From Acidobacteriota bacterium (GTDB taxonomy: Bacteria > Acidobacteriota > UBA6911 > RPQK01 > JAJDTT01), in assembly GCA_965217775.1 (NCBI GenBank), contig CBDCJH010000001.1, positions 64,001 through 128,000 of the forward strand: a stretch of DNA of 64,000 bases, given 5' to 3'. The notes beneath the pieces are model-generated. The model ran no database searches, had not been told where the DNA came from, and was given only the letters and a program-made list of their open reading frames with translations. Below, piece by piece: positions 51,255 through 63,778 of this stretch (the stretch's first letter is position 1; each line of letters begins with the position of its first letter). A program made the position numbers and the translations under genes.

Positions 51255-52060
51255 AACCTCTTCTGCTGGAGATCCTCCGGGATCAGCCTGATGATTTCCG
51301 GCGGCGCAACACCGCCCGGGAATACCTGCAGGCGCGAATTCTTCTGGCCCTTCAGGACGCGGGGGCCTTCAGCGACTGGGCCTTTGTCGAGGGTACGGCC
51401 CTGCGGTTCCTGTTTCAGCTTCCCCGCTATTCCGAGGATCTCGATTTCTCTCTCACGACGCCGGGAGAGAATGCTCGATTCGAAAAGCTCATCCAGTCCG
51501 TCAGCAGAGATCTTCTGCTGGAAGGATACGACGTGGAGATACGGTCCCGTCCGCGCCCGCCGGTGGCAGTTGCCGCGATCGAAATACGTGGTCTCCTATA
51601 CGAGCTCGGGCTGTCTCCCCATTCCGACGAGGCGATCATGGTGAAGATCGAGATCGACACCCGCCCTCCCCGCGGTGCGCGCACAACGACGCGCTTGGTC
51701 CGTCGCTTCGTCTGGTTGAATCTTCTTCACTACGACCGGTCTTCGTTACTGGCCAGCAAGCTGCACGCAGTGCTGACTCGCAAGTATACGAAGGGTCGTG
51801 ACCTGTATGACTTGGGTTGGTACCTTGCTGATCCCACTTGGCCGGCTCCGAACCTGGTTCAGTTGAACAACGCCCTCCGGCAGTCGGGTTGGGACGTACC
51901 CGTCGTCACACCGGCGAACTGGCGCGAGCTGATCAGGGACAAACTGAACACGATTGACTGGGAACAGGCTCTTCGGGACGTTTCGCCATTTCTGGAACGG
52001 AGACAGGACATGGCTCTGATTTCCAGGGACGTTCTCCTGCGGCTGCTGGCCGAACCGTAG
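51251..52060 (+). CDS. AbiEii/AbiGii nucleotidyltransferase toxin
   Basis: FVEGTALR, RYSEDLDFS, KLHA, GRDLYD. ATGA overlap with the antitoxin. Confidence 0.88.
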   Translation: MKPLLLEILRDQPDDFRRRNTAREYLQARILLALQDAGAFSDWAFVEGTALRFLFQLPRYSEDLDFSLTTPGENARFEKLIQSVSRDLLLEGYDVEIRSRPRPPVAVAAIEIRGLLYELGLSPHSDEAIMVKIEIDTRPPRGARTTTRLVRRFVWLNLLHYDRSSLLASKLHAVLTRKYTKGRDLYDLGWYLADPTWPAPNLVQLNNALRQSGWDVPVVTPANWRELIRDKLNTIDWEQALRDVSPFLERRQDMALISRDVLLRLLAEP

Positions 52061-52209
52061 CTGATCTCCAACTTCAAGGAGATGCTCCGAGAAGATCCAG
52101 GCGAAGTCGCCTCTGACTTTCAGAGCAACGTGGGAAATACGGAACGCCCGCCGGTTGACAGGGGTAGGTGCGGGTGTTCCAATTCCACTCCAATCAGGGA
52201 GAAGACCAG

Positions 52210-53061
52210 ATGCGGGTGGGACAGGGTGACTATCAGTACGAACCGGTGGGCGATTGGGCCAAGCTCCCGTCGGGTTGGACCTTCGGCTGGATTCCGGCCA
52301 TTGCCGTCGACAGCCGGGACCGGGTCTACGTCTACAGCCGAAGCGAGCACCCCATGGTCGTCTTCGACCGGGACGGGAACTTCCTCACCTCTTGGGGAGA
52401 GGACCTGCTGCACAACGCTCACGGCCTCCGGATCGATGCCGAAGACAACCTGTACTGCACCGAGTGGAAAGGCCACTGCGTCCACAAGCTCACGTCGGAC
52501 GGAGAGCTCCAGTGGACCCTGGGCACGCCTGGCGTCCCCCGTCCTCCGGGTCTGCCTTTCAATCTGCCCACGGATCTCGCCATCGCCCCCGACGGCTGCC
52601 TCTTCGTCAGCGACGGCTACGGCAACGCCAAAGTGCACAAGTTCTCCCCGGACGGCGTGCTCCTGAAGAGTTGGGGCGAGCCGGGCACGGGACCCGGGCA
52701 ATTCGATCTGGTTCACGACGTCTGGGTCGATTCCGATTATCTGGTCTATGTCTGCGACCGCTCCAACAACCGGATTCAGATCTTCGACGGCGACGGAAAC
52801 TACTTGAGGGAGTGGACCGATCTGCTCCAACCCGATTTCGTCTGGTTCGATCCGGACGAGACCGTGTTCGTTTCGGAAATCGAACACCGAGTCAGCGTTC
52901 TGAGCCGGGACGGCCGGCTGCTTTCCCGCTGGGGCGAAAAGGGGGACGGTCCCGGGCAGTTCCCAGGCTTTCCCCACGCCATCTGGGGGGACAGCCGGGG
53001 CGACCTCTACATCGGCGAGGTGGGCGTCAACGGCAGCCTGACCAAATTCGTCCGGGTGTGA
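52210..53061 (+). CDS. NHL-repeat protein (PAL-like beta-propeller)
   Basis: FNLPTDLA, SDGYGNAKVHKF, GPGQF, DRSNNRIQIFD. Confidence 0.88.
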   Translation: MRVGQGDYQYEPVGDWAKLPSGWTFGWIPAIAVDSRDRVYVYSRSEHPMVVFDRDGNFLTSWGEDLLHNAHGLRIDAEDNLYCTEWKGHCVHKLTSDGELQWTLGTPGVPRPPGLPFNLPTDLAIAPDGCLFVSDGYGNAKVHKFSPDGVLLKSWGEPGTGPGQFDLVHDVWVDSDYLVYVCDRSNNRIQIFDGDGNYLREWTDLLQPDFVWFDPDETVFVSEIEHRVSVLSRDGRLLSRWGEKGDGPGQFPGFPHAIWGDSRGDLYIGEVGVNGSLTKFVRV

Positions 53062-53096
53062 GGCTCCTCTCTTCCCGGACCTTGATGGAGACCATC

Positions 53097-53831
53097 ATGA
53101 CAAGAACGAAAACCCTGCTTTCGGGAATATTGGTTTGCTTCGCCTCCTGCGCCGCACCCGACTCCGAGCCGACGATGGAGGAGGAGGCGGCCCCGATGTT
53201 GAACACCCTGACCGAGGAGGAGCGGGCCGAAGGTTGGACGTTGCTCTTCGACGGCAAGAGCCTGGATCAGTGGCGAGGTTTCAGGAGCCAGGAGGTTCCG
53301 AAAGGGTGGGAAGTCAACGACGACTCCATCCACTACGCCGGAAAGGTCCGGGCCGGGGACATCATCACGCGGGAAGAGTACGGCAACTTCGATTTGCGGC
53401 TGGAATGGAAGGTCCTGGAGGCCGGCAACAGCGGCATTTTCTTTCGGGCCAGTGAGGACTTCGAAAGCCTCTGGTTCACGGGACCGGAGATGCAGGTTCT
53501 GGACGATGCCGGCCACCGCGACGGCGCCAAGCGGGAGACCAGCGCCGGCGCCAACTACGCTCTTCATCCCCCCGCAAAGGACGTGGTTCGAAAGGCCGGC
53601 GAGTGGAACCAGGTCGGAATCGTCGCCCACGGCAACCACGTGGAGCACTGGATGAACGGCGAGAAGATCGTGGAGTACGAGCTGCGCAGCGAGGACTGGA
53701 AACAGAGGGTGGCCGCCAGCAAGTTCAAGGATCTCTCCCACTACGGGCTCATGGACATGGGTCACATCGTCCTTCAGGACCACAGCGATCCGGTCTGGTT
53801 CCGGAACCTCAAGATCAGAAAGTTGAACTGA
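53097..53831 (+). CDS. DUF1080 (3-keto-disaccharide hydrolase-like) lipoprotein
   Basis: Lipobox FASC, LLFDGKSL, NSGIFF, GPEMQV, GHIVLQDH, FRNLKI. Confidence 0.88.
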   Translation: MTRTKTLLSGILVCFASCAAPDSEPTMEEEAAPMLNTLTEEERAEGWTLLFDGKSLDQWRGFRSQEVPKGWEVNDDSIHYAGKVRAGDIITREEYGNFDLRLEWKVLEAGNSGIFFRASEDFESLWFTGPEMQVLDDAGHRDGAKRETSAGANYALHPPAKDVVRKAGEWNQVGIVAHGNHVEHWMNGEKIVEYELRSEDWKQRVAASKFKDLSHYGLMDMGHIVLQDHSDPVWFRNLKIRKLN

Positions 53832-53879
53832 ACCGTCCCTTGGAGCCCAAAGAGGAACGGCCACGCCCGAGGTGCCGGA

Positions 53880-54947
53880 TCAGGCGTTGACGACCAGCAG
53901 GATCTCGCCGGCGAAGATGCGGGGATTGGTTCGGAACATCACCAGCACCCCATCCTGAGGGCTCCGGACTTCCTCCAAGGGCGTGCCGTCCAGATCCCGG
54001 ATCATTCCCAGCGCATCCCCTTGCCGAACCCGCATGCCCAGGCGGGCGTCCGAGAAGAAGAGTCCGCTGCATCCGGACCGCATGGAGACATCCACGTCAC
54101 CGTCCCCGCAAAGCCGTAGCGGTTCGTAATCCGCTTCCAGACCGGCGGAGGAGAGTTTCGCCATGTCGAGAAACTCCAGCAGATTGGCCAGGCCCCGAGT
54201 GTAGCAATCCACGTCGTCGGGATGGGCTCGCCCCCCGCCGCGAGCCTCGGTGTACAGGGACGGAATCTCCAACTTCAGGGTCTCGGTCAAGGTCCGGCCC
54301 GGAGAGACCTTGGGATGCTCCCAGATCATGGGGGCTCCAAAGCATTCCGCTGCCGCCCGGGCCGTATCGGCCTGACGGCCCAGAGCCGCGTAGCCGACCA
54401 GAGTCATCATGGCGTAGTTTCGGCCCGAGCTGTGCAGGTCGATGTACAGGTCGGCATGCCGGAAGACCTTCTCCAGCATCAGAGCAGCCAGACGCTCGCT
54501 CATGCTCCCCGAAGAGGACCCGGGAAAAATACGGGCCATGTTGAGGCCGTCCACGGGGTTCGCCCGCGTCGCCTGCCAAAACGCCGGAAGCGTCACCACC
54601 GGTACGGCGACGAAGGTTCCGGACAAGTTGGAAGGGTCCAAGGCTTCGAAGGTCCGAAAGATGGCTTCCATGCCCTCATACTCGTCCCCATGCACGCCGG
54701 CCGTCGCCACCAGAGTCTTTCCTTGGCCCGAATCGCCCTTGGCCGCCAGGACGGGGATCGACAGCGAACCGGCATCAAGCCGCGCCGAAATGGCGTCAGA
54801 AATCGCGTCCGGGGAAACCATGTCGCCGCAGGTCATCCGAACGCCGTCGGCCAGTCGGGTCAGGTCCGGCGCCTTCAACCGCAACTCGTAGACGTCCTTG
54901 CTGCCCTGAGGCAAGCTGTCGAAATCGAATTCTTTATGCCGAGTCAT
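53880..54947 (-). CDS. Succinylglutamate desuccinylase/aspartoacylase family protein
   Basis: GVHGDEYEG, NMARIFPG, IDLHS. Confidence 0.88.
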   Translation of the reverse strand: MTRHKEFDFDSLPQGSKDVYELRLKAPDLTRLADGVRMTCGDMVSPDAISDAISARLDAGSLSIPVLAAKGDSGQGKTLVATAGVHGDEYEGMEAIFRTFEALDPSNLSGTFVAVPVVTLPAFWQATRANPVDGLNMARIFPGSSSGSMSERLAALMLEKVFRHADLYIDLHSSGRNYAMMTLVGYAALGRQADTARAAAECFGAPMIWEHPKVSPGRTLTETLKLEIPSLYTEARGGGRAHPDDVDCYTRGLANLLEFLDMAKLSSAGLEADYEPLRLCGDGDVDVSMRSGCSGLFFSDARLGMRVRQGDALGMIRDLDGTPLEEVRSPQDGVLVMFRTNPRIFAGEILLVVNA

Positions 54948-55023
54948 TTGCGACCCCTCCTCTTGGCAGCCCTTGGCGAGAATCGTTTGGAAACGTATCC
55001 TCACTCGATTGCGTTTTCAACAT

Positions 55024-55182
55024 CAGCCCGTGGTGAATGTCCCGCGAGCACCGAAACCGTTCCTGCGCCCGCCGGACCAAGCGCGATGAGGGAGCATACC
55101 GGGAGTATGTGACCGAGTCGCAACGCAGTCCGCGCACGATGCAGGGACGGTCGAATGCCGTGACGACTTTTGCCACGGGCTG
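55024..55182. mobile_element. MITE, second (inverted) copy, intergenic
   Basis: Highly similar reverse complement of 21984-22141. TIRs CAGCCCGTGG / CCACGGGCTG. Confidence 0.85.
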
Positions 55183-55263
55183 ATAAGGAAACGGTCGGAA
55201 TTCATCGCACCCACGTGACAACCTGCGAGACACCGGTTCTAATTTGGGACGGAGGAACGAATC

Positions 55264-56778
55264 ATGCGCGTATCCTGGTTTCGAGTCTTGACGCTGCTGG
55301 CCGGTTTCACGGCCTGGACCGGTCCCTTTCTTTCGGCGGGGGAGGCCACTTCCATGGAAGCCGTTGACATCGGTTCCCGGCTGGAACTGTTCGCTGACGA
55401 CCATTTGATCGCAAAGATGGAGGGTGTGGAGATCCGCCTTCACCCACCCCGGTCCGGCGGCACGGTCCTGGAATTCGATCGGCCCTGGGAGGGGAACACC
55501 AGTTGGCAGCTGAGCGTCTTCAAGGACGGCAACCTCTTCCGAATGTATTACATGGGGCGCACCGCGCCGGACTATGCGCGGAAAGCCGGACTGACTCCGG
55601 ACGAGAAGCTCACGCCTCCGCATCCCAACTTCCTCTGCTATGCCGAGAGCCGGGACGGAATCCATTGGACGCGGCCCAATTTGGGCCTCTACGAGTTCAA
55701 TGGATCCACCGAAAACAACATCGTCACCGACCACGCTGGGGGAGCGCCCCTGCTGGACACCCGGCCGGGAGTCGACCCGGCGGTCCGCTTCAAGTCGCCG
55801 GGCGGAGTGGGCATCAATCCCCGATTCGGCCAGGCCAACGAACGCTCCATCGGCCTGGTGCTCTGGGTCTCGCCGGATGGGCTCCGCTGGAAGAAGTGGC
55901 GGGAGGACCCCCTCTTCGTCACCTCGTTGCCCAATGCCTTCGACTCCGTCAACGTCCTCTTCTGGTCCGAATGGGAGAAACAGTACGTCTTCTACTTCCG
56001 GTACATGCTCCAGGACGTGCGCACCTTCGCCCGGACCACTTCCAAGGACCTCCTCAACTGGACGGAGCAGGTTCCCTGCACCTTCAACGGAAAGGCCCGG
56101 CCGGTAGATCACCTCTACACCAATGCGGCCACGCCCTATTTCCGGGCCCCTCATATCTATCTCGGGTTTCCCAAGCGCTTCCAGCCCTTGCGGCAGATCC
56201 ACGACGATGCTCCCCGGCCCGGCATTTCGGAGACCGTCTTCATGACCAGCCGTGACGGGATCGACTGGAACCCCTTTCCGGAGGCGTTTATCCGGCCGGG
56301 ACGGCAGGAACGAAACTGGATCCACCGAACCAACAGCACGGCCGTGGGCGTGGTTCCCACTGCCCCGGATGAGATCTCGATCTACACGTCCCGCAACTAC
56401 ACCTACCCGTCCACCTACCTGGAGCGATTCGTCCTGCGCACCGACGGCTTTACTTCCATCAAGGCTCCCTACTCCGGCGGGGAATTCGTGACCAAGCCAT
56501 TCCGGTTCGAGGGCCGGGATCTGGTCCTCAACTTCTCGACCTCGGCCGTGGGGAGCATTCGCATCGAGGTCCAGGACCAGGACGGGCAGCCGATTCCGGG
56601 TTTCACACTGGAGGAATCGCCGGTCATCTTCGGAGATCACATTCAGAGAAGAATCCGGTGGAGCCGGCCGGGGTTCCTTCCCACCGACCCCATGAGATTC
56701 GACCGGCTGGCGGAAAGGCCGATCCGGCTCCGCTTCGTCATGAAGGACGCGGATATCTATTCGTTTCGGTTCCGGTGA
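55264..56778 (+). CDS. Secreted beta-propeller glycoside-hydrolase-like protein
   Basis: Signal peptide, Asp-box-like repeats (SRDGIHW, SPDGLRW, SKDLLNW, SRDGIDW), LRTDGF. Confidence 0.75.
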   Translation: MRVSWFRVLTLLAGFTAWTGPFLSAGEATSMEAVDIGSRLELFADDHLIAKMEGVEIRLHPPRSGGTVLEFDRPWEGNTSWQLSVFKDGNLFRMYYMGRTAPDYARKAGLTPDEKLTPPHPNFLCYAESRDGIHWTRPNLGLYEFNGSTENNIVTDHAGGAPLLDTRPGVDPAVRFKSPGGVGINPRFGQANERSIGLVLWVSPDGLRWKKWREDPLFVTSLPNAFDSVNVLFWSEWEKQYVFYFRYMLQDVRTFARTTSKDLLNWTEQVPCTFNGKARPVDHLYTNAATPYFRAPHIYLGFPKRFQPLRQIHDDAPRPGISETVFMTSRDGIDWNPFPEAFIRPGRQERNWIHRTNSTAVGVVPTAPDEISIYTSRNYTYPSTYLERFVLRTDGFTSIKAPYSGGEFVTKPFRFEGRDLVLNFSTSAVGSIRIEVQDQDGQPIPGFTLEESPVIFGDHIQRRIRWSRPGFLPTDPMRFDRLAERPIRLRFVMKDADIYSFRFR

Positions 56779-56796
56779 GACGCCCGATCCGCTAGA

Positions 56797-56934
56797 AGCG
56801 GCAACCGCTTCGAAGCCCTCAAAGGTGACCGCGAAGGCCAGTACAGCATCCGCATCAACAACCAGTAGCGGATTTGCTTCGAATGGCCCAAAGGATCCCT
56901 CGGACCCGAGAATGTAGAGATTGTCGATTACCAC
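56797..56934 (+). pseudogene. higB: HigB/RelE toxin remnant
   Basis: [28 protein letters not shown]...VEIVDYH. The 5' half is missing and there is a TAG at 56866 in place of the conserved Trp. Confidence 0.88.
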
Positions 56935-56947
56935 CAGGCGAACCGCT

Positions 56948-57247
56948 ATGGCTGTGCCCGCAATCCATCCCGGCAAACATGTCGCCGAAGAACTGAAAGA
57001 ACTCAATATGAGTGCCGCCGCGCTTGCGCGAAAGCTCAAGGTTCCTACGAACCGCATCACTGAGATTCTGAACGGACGAAGGGCCATTACCGCCGATACG
57101 GCCCTGCGCCTGGCGCACTACTTCGGCACCAGTCCCGAATTTTGGCTAAATCTTCAAAAGATCTATGAATTGCGCGTTGCCGAGAAGAAAGCCAGCAGGG
57201 AGCTCAAGACCCTGCCAATGCTTGCGAACGAACACGCTCACGCCTGA
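56948..57247 (+). CDS. higA: HigA antitoxin
   Basis: IHPG, RITEILNGRRAITADTALRL, EFWLNLQ. Confidence 0.93.
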   Translation: MAVPAIHPGKHVAEELKELNMSAAALARKLKVPTNRITEILNGRRAITADTALRLAHYFGTSPEFWLNLQKIYELRVAEKKASRELKTLPMLANEHAHA

Positions 57248-57267
57248 AATCCAAATGCGGATTGCCG

Positions 57268-58449
57268 TCATCCACCGGGACTGGTTCTTCGAAGGGGCTC
57301 GTCGTCCGTCAGGATGCGAAGGTATTCGTCGTAGGAGTAGGCGCGCCCGCGCCGCTTTCCCGTGATCTCGCGCAGCACGCCAAGACTCTCCAGCAACCCC
57401 ACGGCCTTGCGGGTCGGCGGCGCCGTGAGGCCGAGCAGGTCTGACGCCGCGGCGACGGTAACGACCGGACGGGACGGCAGGCGCTCGATCAGCCGGATGG
57501 CGGTCACGGTCGAACGCTCGTGGGCCAGAACGCGGCCACGGTCGCGCCCGACAAGCGTATGCAGCTTCCGAGCGACCCGAACGCCGTCATCGGCAGCCTC
57601 GCGCACGCATTCGAGGAAGAACTGGGTCCAACCCTCCCAATCGCCAGCGCTACGCACGGCCGCGAGCCGGGCGTAGTACTCCGGCTGGTTCCGCCTGAAT
57701 GCCAGGCTGATGTAGAGAAGAGGCAGATCGAGCAGCCCCCAGTGATCCAACAGGAGCGCGATCAGCAACCGGCCGATGCGTCCGTTGCCGTCGAGGAAGG
57801 GATGGATCGTCTCGAACTGGACGTGCGCGAGACCCGCCCGGACCAGCGGCGGGAAATCGCTGTCCTGGTGCAGCCACCGTTCCAGCGCACCGAGCGCGCC
57901 CGGCACCTCCTCCGGCGGAGGGGGCACGAAGCGGGCGTTGCCGGGCCGCCTGCCACCGATCCAGTTCTGTGAGCGGCGGATTTCGCCGGGCTGCACGTAC
58001 TCGCCTCGTACACCCGCCATCAGGATACGGTGCGCCTCGCACAGGAGGCGGATGCTGAGCGGCAGCCCCTTGGGATCTGCGATTCGCGCGCGGGCGTGGG
58101 CGAGCGCGTCCACATAGTTGCAGACCTCGCGGACGTCGTCCGGACGGTCGCTACGGTGCGTGGCTTCGAAGGTGAGCACGTCGCGGAGCGTTGCCTGCGT
58201 GCCTTCGATCTGCGAGGTGACGACCGCCTCCTTGCGGACGAATCCGTAAAGGAACCAGTCGGTGCTCGGCACCATCGACCCCGCTACGGCAAGTCGGGCC
58301 AACGCGGTCATGGCGGCGGCATGAATCTCGGCGGCCACGCCGGCCAGGACCAGAGGCGGATCGACCGGAGGAAGCGGGTAGGGGACGAACGCGCGCACCT
58401 CTTCTCCGAGGGTGCTGGTGATGCGGTATTGACCGGTCTGGCGAGCCAC
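57268..58449 (-). CDS. Fic family protein
   Basis: TSQIEG, HPFLDGNGRIGR, C-terminal HTH. Confidence 0.93.
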   Translation of the reverse strand: MARQTGQYRITSTLGEEVRAFVPYPLPPVDPPLVLAGVAAEIHAAAMTALARLAVAGSMVPSTDWFLYGFVRKEAVVTSQIEGTQATLRDVLTFEATHRSDRPDDVREVCNYVDALAHARARIADPKGLPLSIRLLCEAHRILMAGVRGEYVQPGEIRRSQNWIGGRRPGNARFVPPPPEEVPGALGALERWLHQDSDFPPLVRAGLAHVQFETIHPFLDGNGRIGRLLIALLLDHWGLLDLPLLYISLAFRRNQPEYYARLAAVRSAGDWEGWTQFFLECVREAADDGVRVARKLHTLVGRDRGRVLAHERSTVTAIRLIERLPSRPVVTVAAASDLLGLTAPPTRKAVGLLESLGVLREITGKRRGRAYSYDEYLRILTDDEPLRRTSPGG

Positions 58450-58539
58450 GATTGCGAAGCGCCCCTTTCCTGCGCTTCAATTTAAGAAAACGACCGTTTC
58501 TTCGTCAACCTGATAATGAATCGATCGGTTCCTTGTCTG

Positions 58540-58710
58540 CCCCGGCACGAGATCGAGGAACGCGGCGATTGCGTGACGATACGCTTCCGACGTGCAGACT
58601 ATGTTCCGCTCAGAGGTAAATGGGATGCCGTGATCGAGCGGCAAGAGCCGATTCTGGCGCTGCTCGACGGCACGGAGGATGGCGTGGCGTGGCGCGAGAT
58701 TGTCGCCGGT
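58540..58710 (+). pseudogene. Fragment resembling the C-terminal HATPase/HTH part of an ATP-binding regulator
   Basis: EIEERGDCVTIRF...ERQEPILALL...REI. Ends just before a junction motif. Confidence 0.35.
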
Positions 58711-58769
58711 TTCGAGCTAGCGCCCCCGCGAGAAGGGGACAGTCACTTGCTTTCCCGTCCGACGCCTTG

Positions 58770-58905
58770 TCGCACGCCTTGCACGTCCTCCCGATTGCGA
58801 GCGGCCATCAATATTCCCCGCTCCTCCACCCATTCGAACCGCCGCAACCCGAAGCGAGAACGGATCCTGTGCACGTGCGACGCCACTGTAGAGGGGTCCC
58901 CAGGA
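58770..58905 (-). pseudogene. IS1634-like transposase fragment
   Basis: GDPSTVASHVHRIRSRFGLRRFEWVEERGIL..ARNRED resembles DPxTV..QV..L..RFGL..V..VGDRGM..SARI.ED. Confidence 0.6.
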
Positions 58906-59126
58906 TCGTTGTTCAAGGCTGAACTGTAAAGGATGTCCTGACACCAAACAGCCAACGCATCACCCCCGAGTCGGCACGCCAACCCAAAGCCGGCGCCAAT
59001 GGCGACGATGCCATCGGGGAGGCCCCGGCCCAGGCTGTCGCGCTCGTTCGTTACAACGTTCAGCGGAAGTGCCTTGATCACATCACGGGAGAAGATATAT
59101 TTCGTAGATCCAAAAGGAGACTGTCC

Positions 59127-59366
59127 ATGGGTGCGACATCGCAGATCTGCAAGTGGGGGTCCAGCCTGGCCGTCCGTATCCCCAAGCCCATCGCCGAGCA
59201 GTGGGGGGTGCGTGAGGGCTCCGCCGTCGAGATGGTCTTGCGCGGCAACGAAGTCTTGCTGCGCAAGAAAACCGACAGCTTGGCCGACATGCTGGCGACT
59301 GTGACGGACGAGAATCTGCATCCCGAGGTGGACTCTGGGCCCGCCCAAGGCAATGAGGCATGGTAA
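59127..59366 (+). CDS. mazE: MazE/AbrB antitoxin
   Basis: KWGSSLAVRIPK, ENLHPEVD.G...GNE.W. Confidence 0.93.
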   Translation: MGATSQICKWGSSLAVRIPKPIAEQWGVREGSAVEMVLRGNEVLLRKKTDSLADMLATVTDENLHPEVDSGPAQGNEAW

Positions 59367-59713
59367 AAAGGTCCTACGTCCCCGGAAACGGGGAAATCGT
59401 GTGGCGGACCTTCAATCCTCAATCCGGCCATGAACAAGCCGGACGCCGCCCGGCCCTGGCGCTGAGCCCGAGAAGCTACAATCGGAAAACCAGCCTCGCC
59501 CTGTTCTGTCCCATCACCTCCCGAGCCAAGGGCTATCCCTTCGAGGTCTCCCTTCCTGCCGCCGACGCCGTCACCGGGGTCGTTCTGGCCGACCAGATCA
59601 AGAACCTGGATTGGCGGGCCAGACGGGTCCGTTTCGAATCGAAGGCGCCGCCCCGGGTGGTGAGCAAAGTTTTTGAGAAGTTGGCTGTTCTATTGGATCA
59701 AAAGGAATCCTGA
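59360..59713 (+). CDS. mazF: MazF endoribonuclease toxin
   Basis: FNPQSGHEQAGRRPAL, CPITS, GYPFEV, LADQIK.LDWRAR. Confidence 0.94.
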   Translation: MVKRSYVPGNGEIVWRTFNPQSGHEQAGRRPALALSPRSYNRKTSLALFCPITSRAKGYPFEVSLPAADAVTGVVLADQIKNLDWRARRVRFESKAPPRVVSKVFEKLAVLLDQKES

Positions 59714-59839
59714 GCCGCACCGTGAACGGAAGCTAATCGAATTGACAGAGCGGAACCGAGAAGGGGACAGTCACTTACTTTCACGATGGCCGTCTCCCCG
59801 AAACGCCCTGGAACCGAGAGGGGGACAGTTACTTTCTTT

Positions 59840-59900
59840 CCCTCCCGATGAAAAGCCTCGCCAACTCGCCGGGCAGGTTTTCATCGAGTCTTAGTCGCAT
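59840..59900 (-). pseudogene. DUF5615 PIN-like toxin, 5' stub
   Basis: MRLRLDENLPGELARLF, cut at the junction motif at 59821. Directly downstream of DUF433. Confidence 0.7.
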
Positions 59901-59912
59901 GGGGAGTCTCTA

Positions 59913-62556
<2,644 letters not shown>

Positions 62557-62734
62557 GGCTTGGCCGTGACAGATATTCGGATCGACGGATATGTACTCAT
62601 CCCAGTCCATAGTCAATTCATCTCCGCGACACGGGTTCATGCTCCCCTTTCGCCTTATCCGCCGTCAACCGCGACCCGTGCGCCATTATGTCGCGGCTAA
62701 GGCCATCGCTCTACGCCTCGCGAGAAGGGGACAG

Positions 62735-63778
62735 TCACTTTCTTTCTCGGTTCGGATTTGTGCCGCGGTTGGCTCGCTCTTGAATGTCGGCACATCTCTC
62801 CATCAGGGATTCGAACCGCTCTTCGTCATCAAGCAACATCCCATCGCCGAGCATTCTGCCGTAGTCGTCAGCCAGGGCTCTATAAAAGGGGCCGTGCGGC
62901 ACCAGTTGCAACTCACCGGACACGGCGGCTTCGTAGTCGATCCAACTCCCTCCGGCGTCCTTTTCCCGGAAGAACGCCGACTTGTGCCGTGCTACCGAAA
63001 GCGCCAAGTTGCGGTCGGTTATTGACTTTGCGGCGACGCCCGCATCGTCCAAGCGGACCAGATCATACCAGTGCCGAGAGAGCCGTTCTCCCCGGCTTCG
63101 CTGCTGGCGGCAGAAGACGTGCACGGCCGTCGCCTTTTCCCAGAAAGTGCGCTCCGCCAGCATGACGAAGGTGCGAGTTGAAGGAAAAGCCACCTCCGAT
63201 ATGTAGGGGGCCGCATCGCACGCTATCGAATGCTCTTTCCGGGGCTCCCCAGTCGAGCGCGCCCCGAACTCCACCATCACTTCGGGTCTCACGAAGCCAT
63301 AGTAGTCTGAGGCCAGCGGCTCATAACCGATGAAGACTCGGTCTCCCTCAGCGTGAACTCGGGCGGAGGGGTCCAAACCCGACAGGTTCGCCTCAATGGC
63401 AGGCAGCGCATGGTCTTCTACCCACACCGCCAGCCGCTTCCTGATTTTCCGCGTCCATCTCTGCTCTTGGCTGCGAGTAGGTGGAAGCGCATCCTCGCCA
63501 CGGCCTGTTACCAGGTCGGGAGCAATGGCCCGGATGTCATAGGTGATGTCAAGGTCTTCCGAGAAACGACGAATGGCATGATACACCTTGGCCAGAGAAA
63601 TGCCTCCCTTGAAGGTTAGATCCCTGCCGAAGGGGCTCTCCGTGAGAGCCCCTAACGTATGCACGACCCATATGTCCTTCTCCAGGAGATGAGCACTCCT
63701 TCCACTCAGGCTGGCCGCCACCCCCAAGACATCCCGCCGGTCCTCGGAAGAAAGCGACTGAAAAGACGTATCAGCCAT
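62735..63778 (-). CDS. AbiEii/AbiGii nucleotidyltransferase toxin (second module)
   Basis: EKDIWV, FKGGISL.K, RFSEDLD, ERTFWEK, SRHWYD. The stop codon lies inside the junction motif. Confidence 0.9.
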   Translation of the reverse strand: MADTSFQSLSSEDRRDVLGVAASLSGRSAHLLEKDIWVVHTLGALTESPFGRDLTFKGGISLAKVYHAIRRFSEDLDITYDIRAIAPDLVTGRGEDALPPTRSQEQRWTRKIRKRLAVWVEDHALPAIEANLSGLDPSARVHAEGDRVFIGYEPLASDYYGFVRPEVMVEFGARSTGEPRKEHSIACDAAPYISEVAFPSTRTFVMLAERTFWEKATAVHVFCRQQRSRGERLSRHWYDLVRLDDAGVAAKSITDRNLALSVARHKSAFFREKDAGGSWIDYEAAVSGELQLVPHGPFYRALADDYGRMLGDGMLLDDEERFESLMERCADIQERANRGTNPNRERK

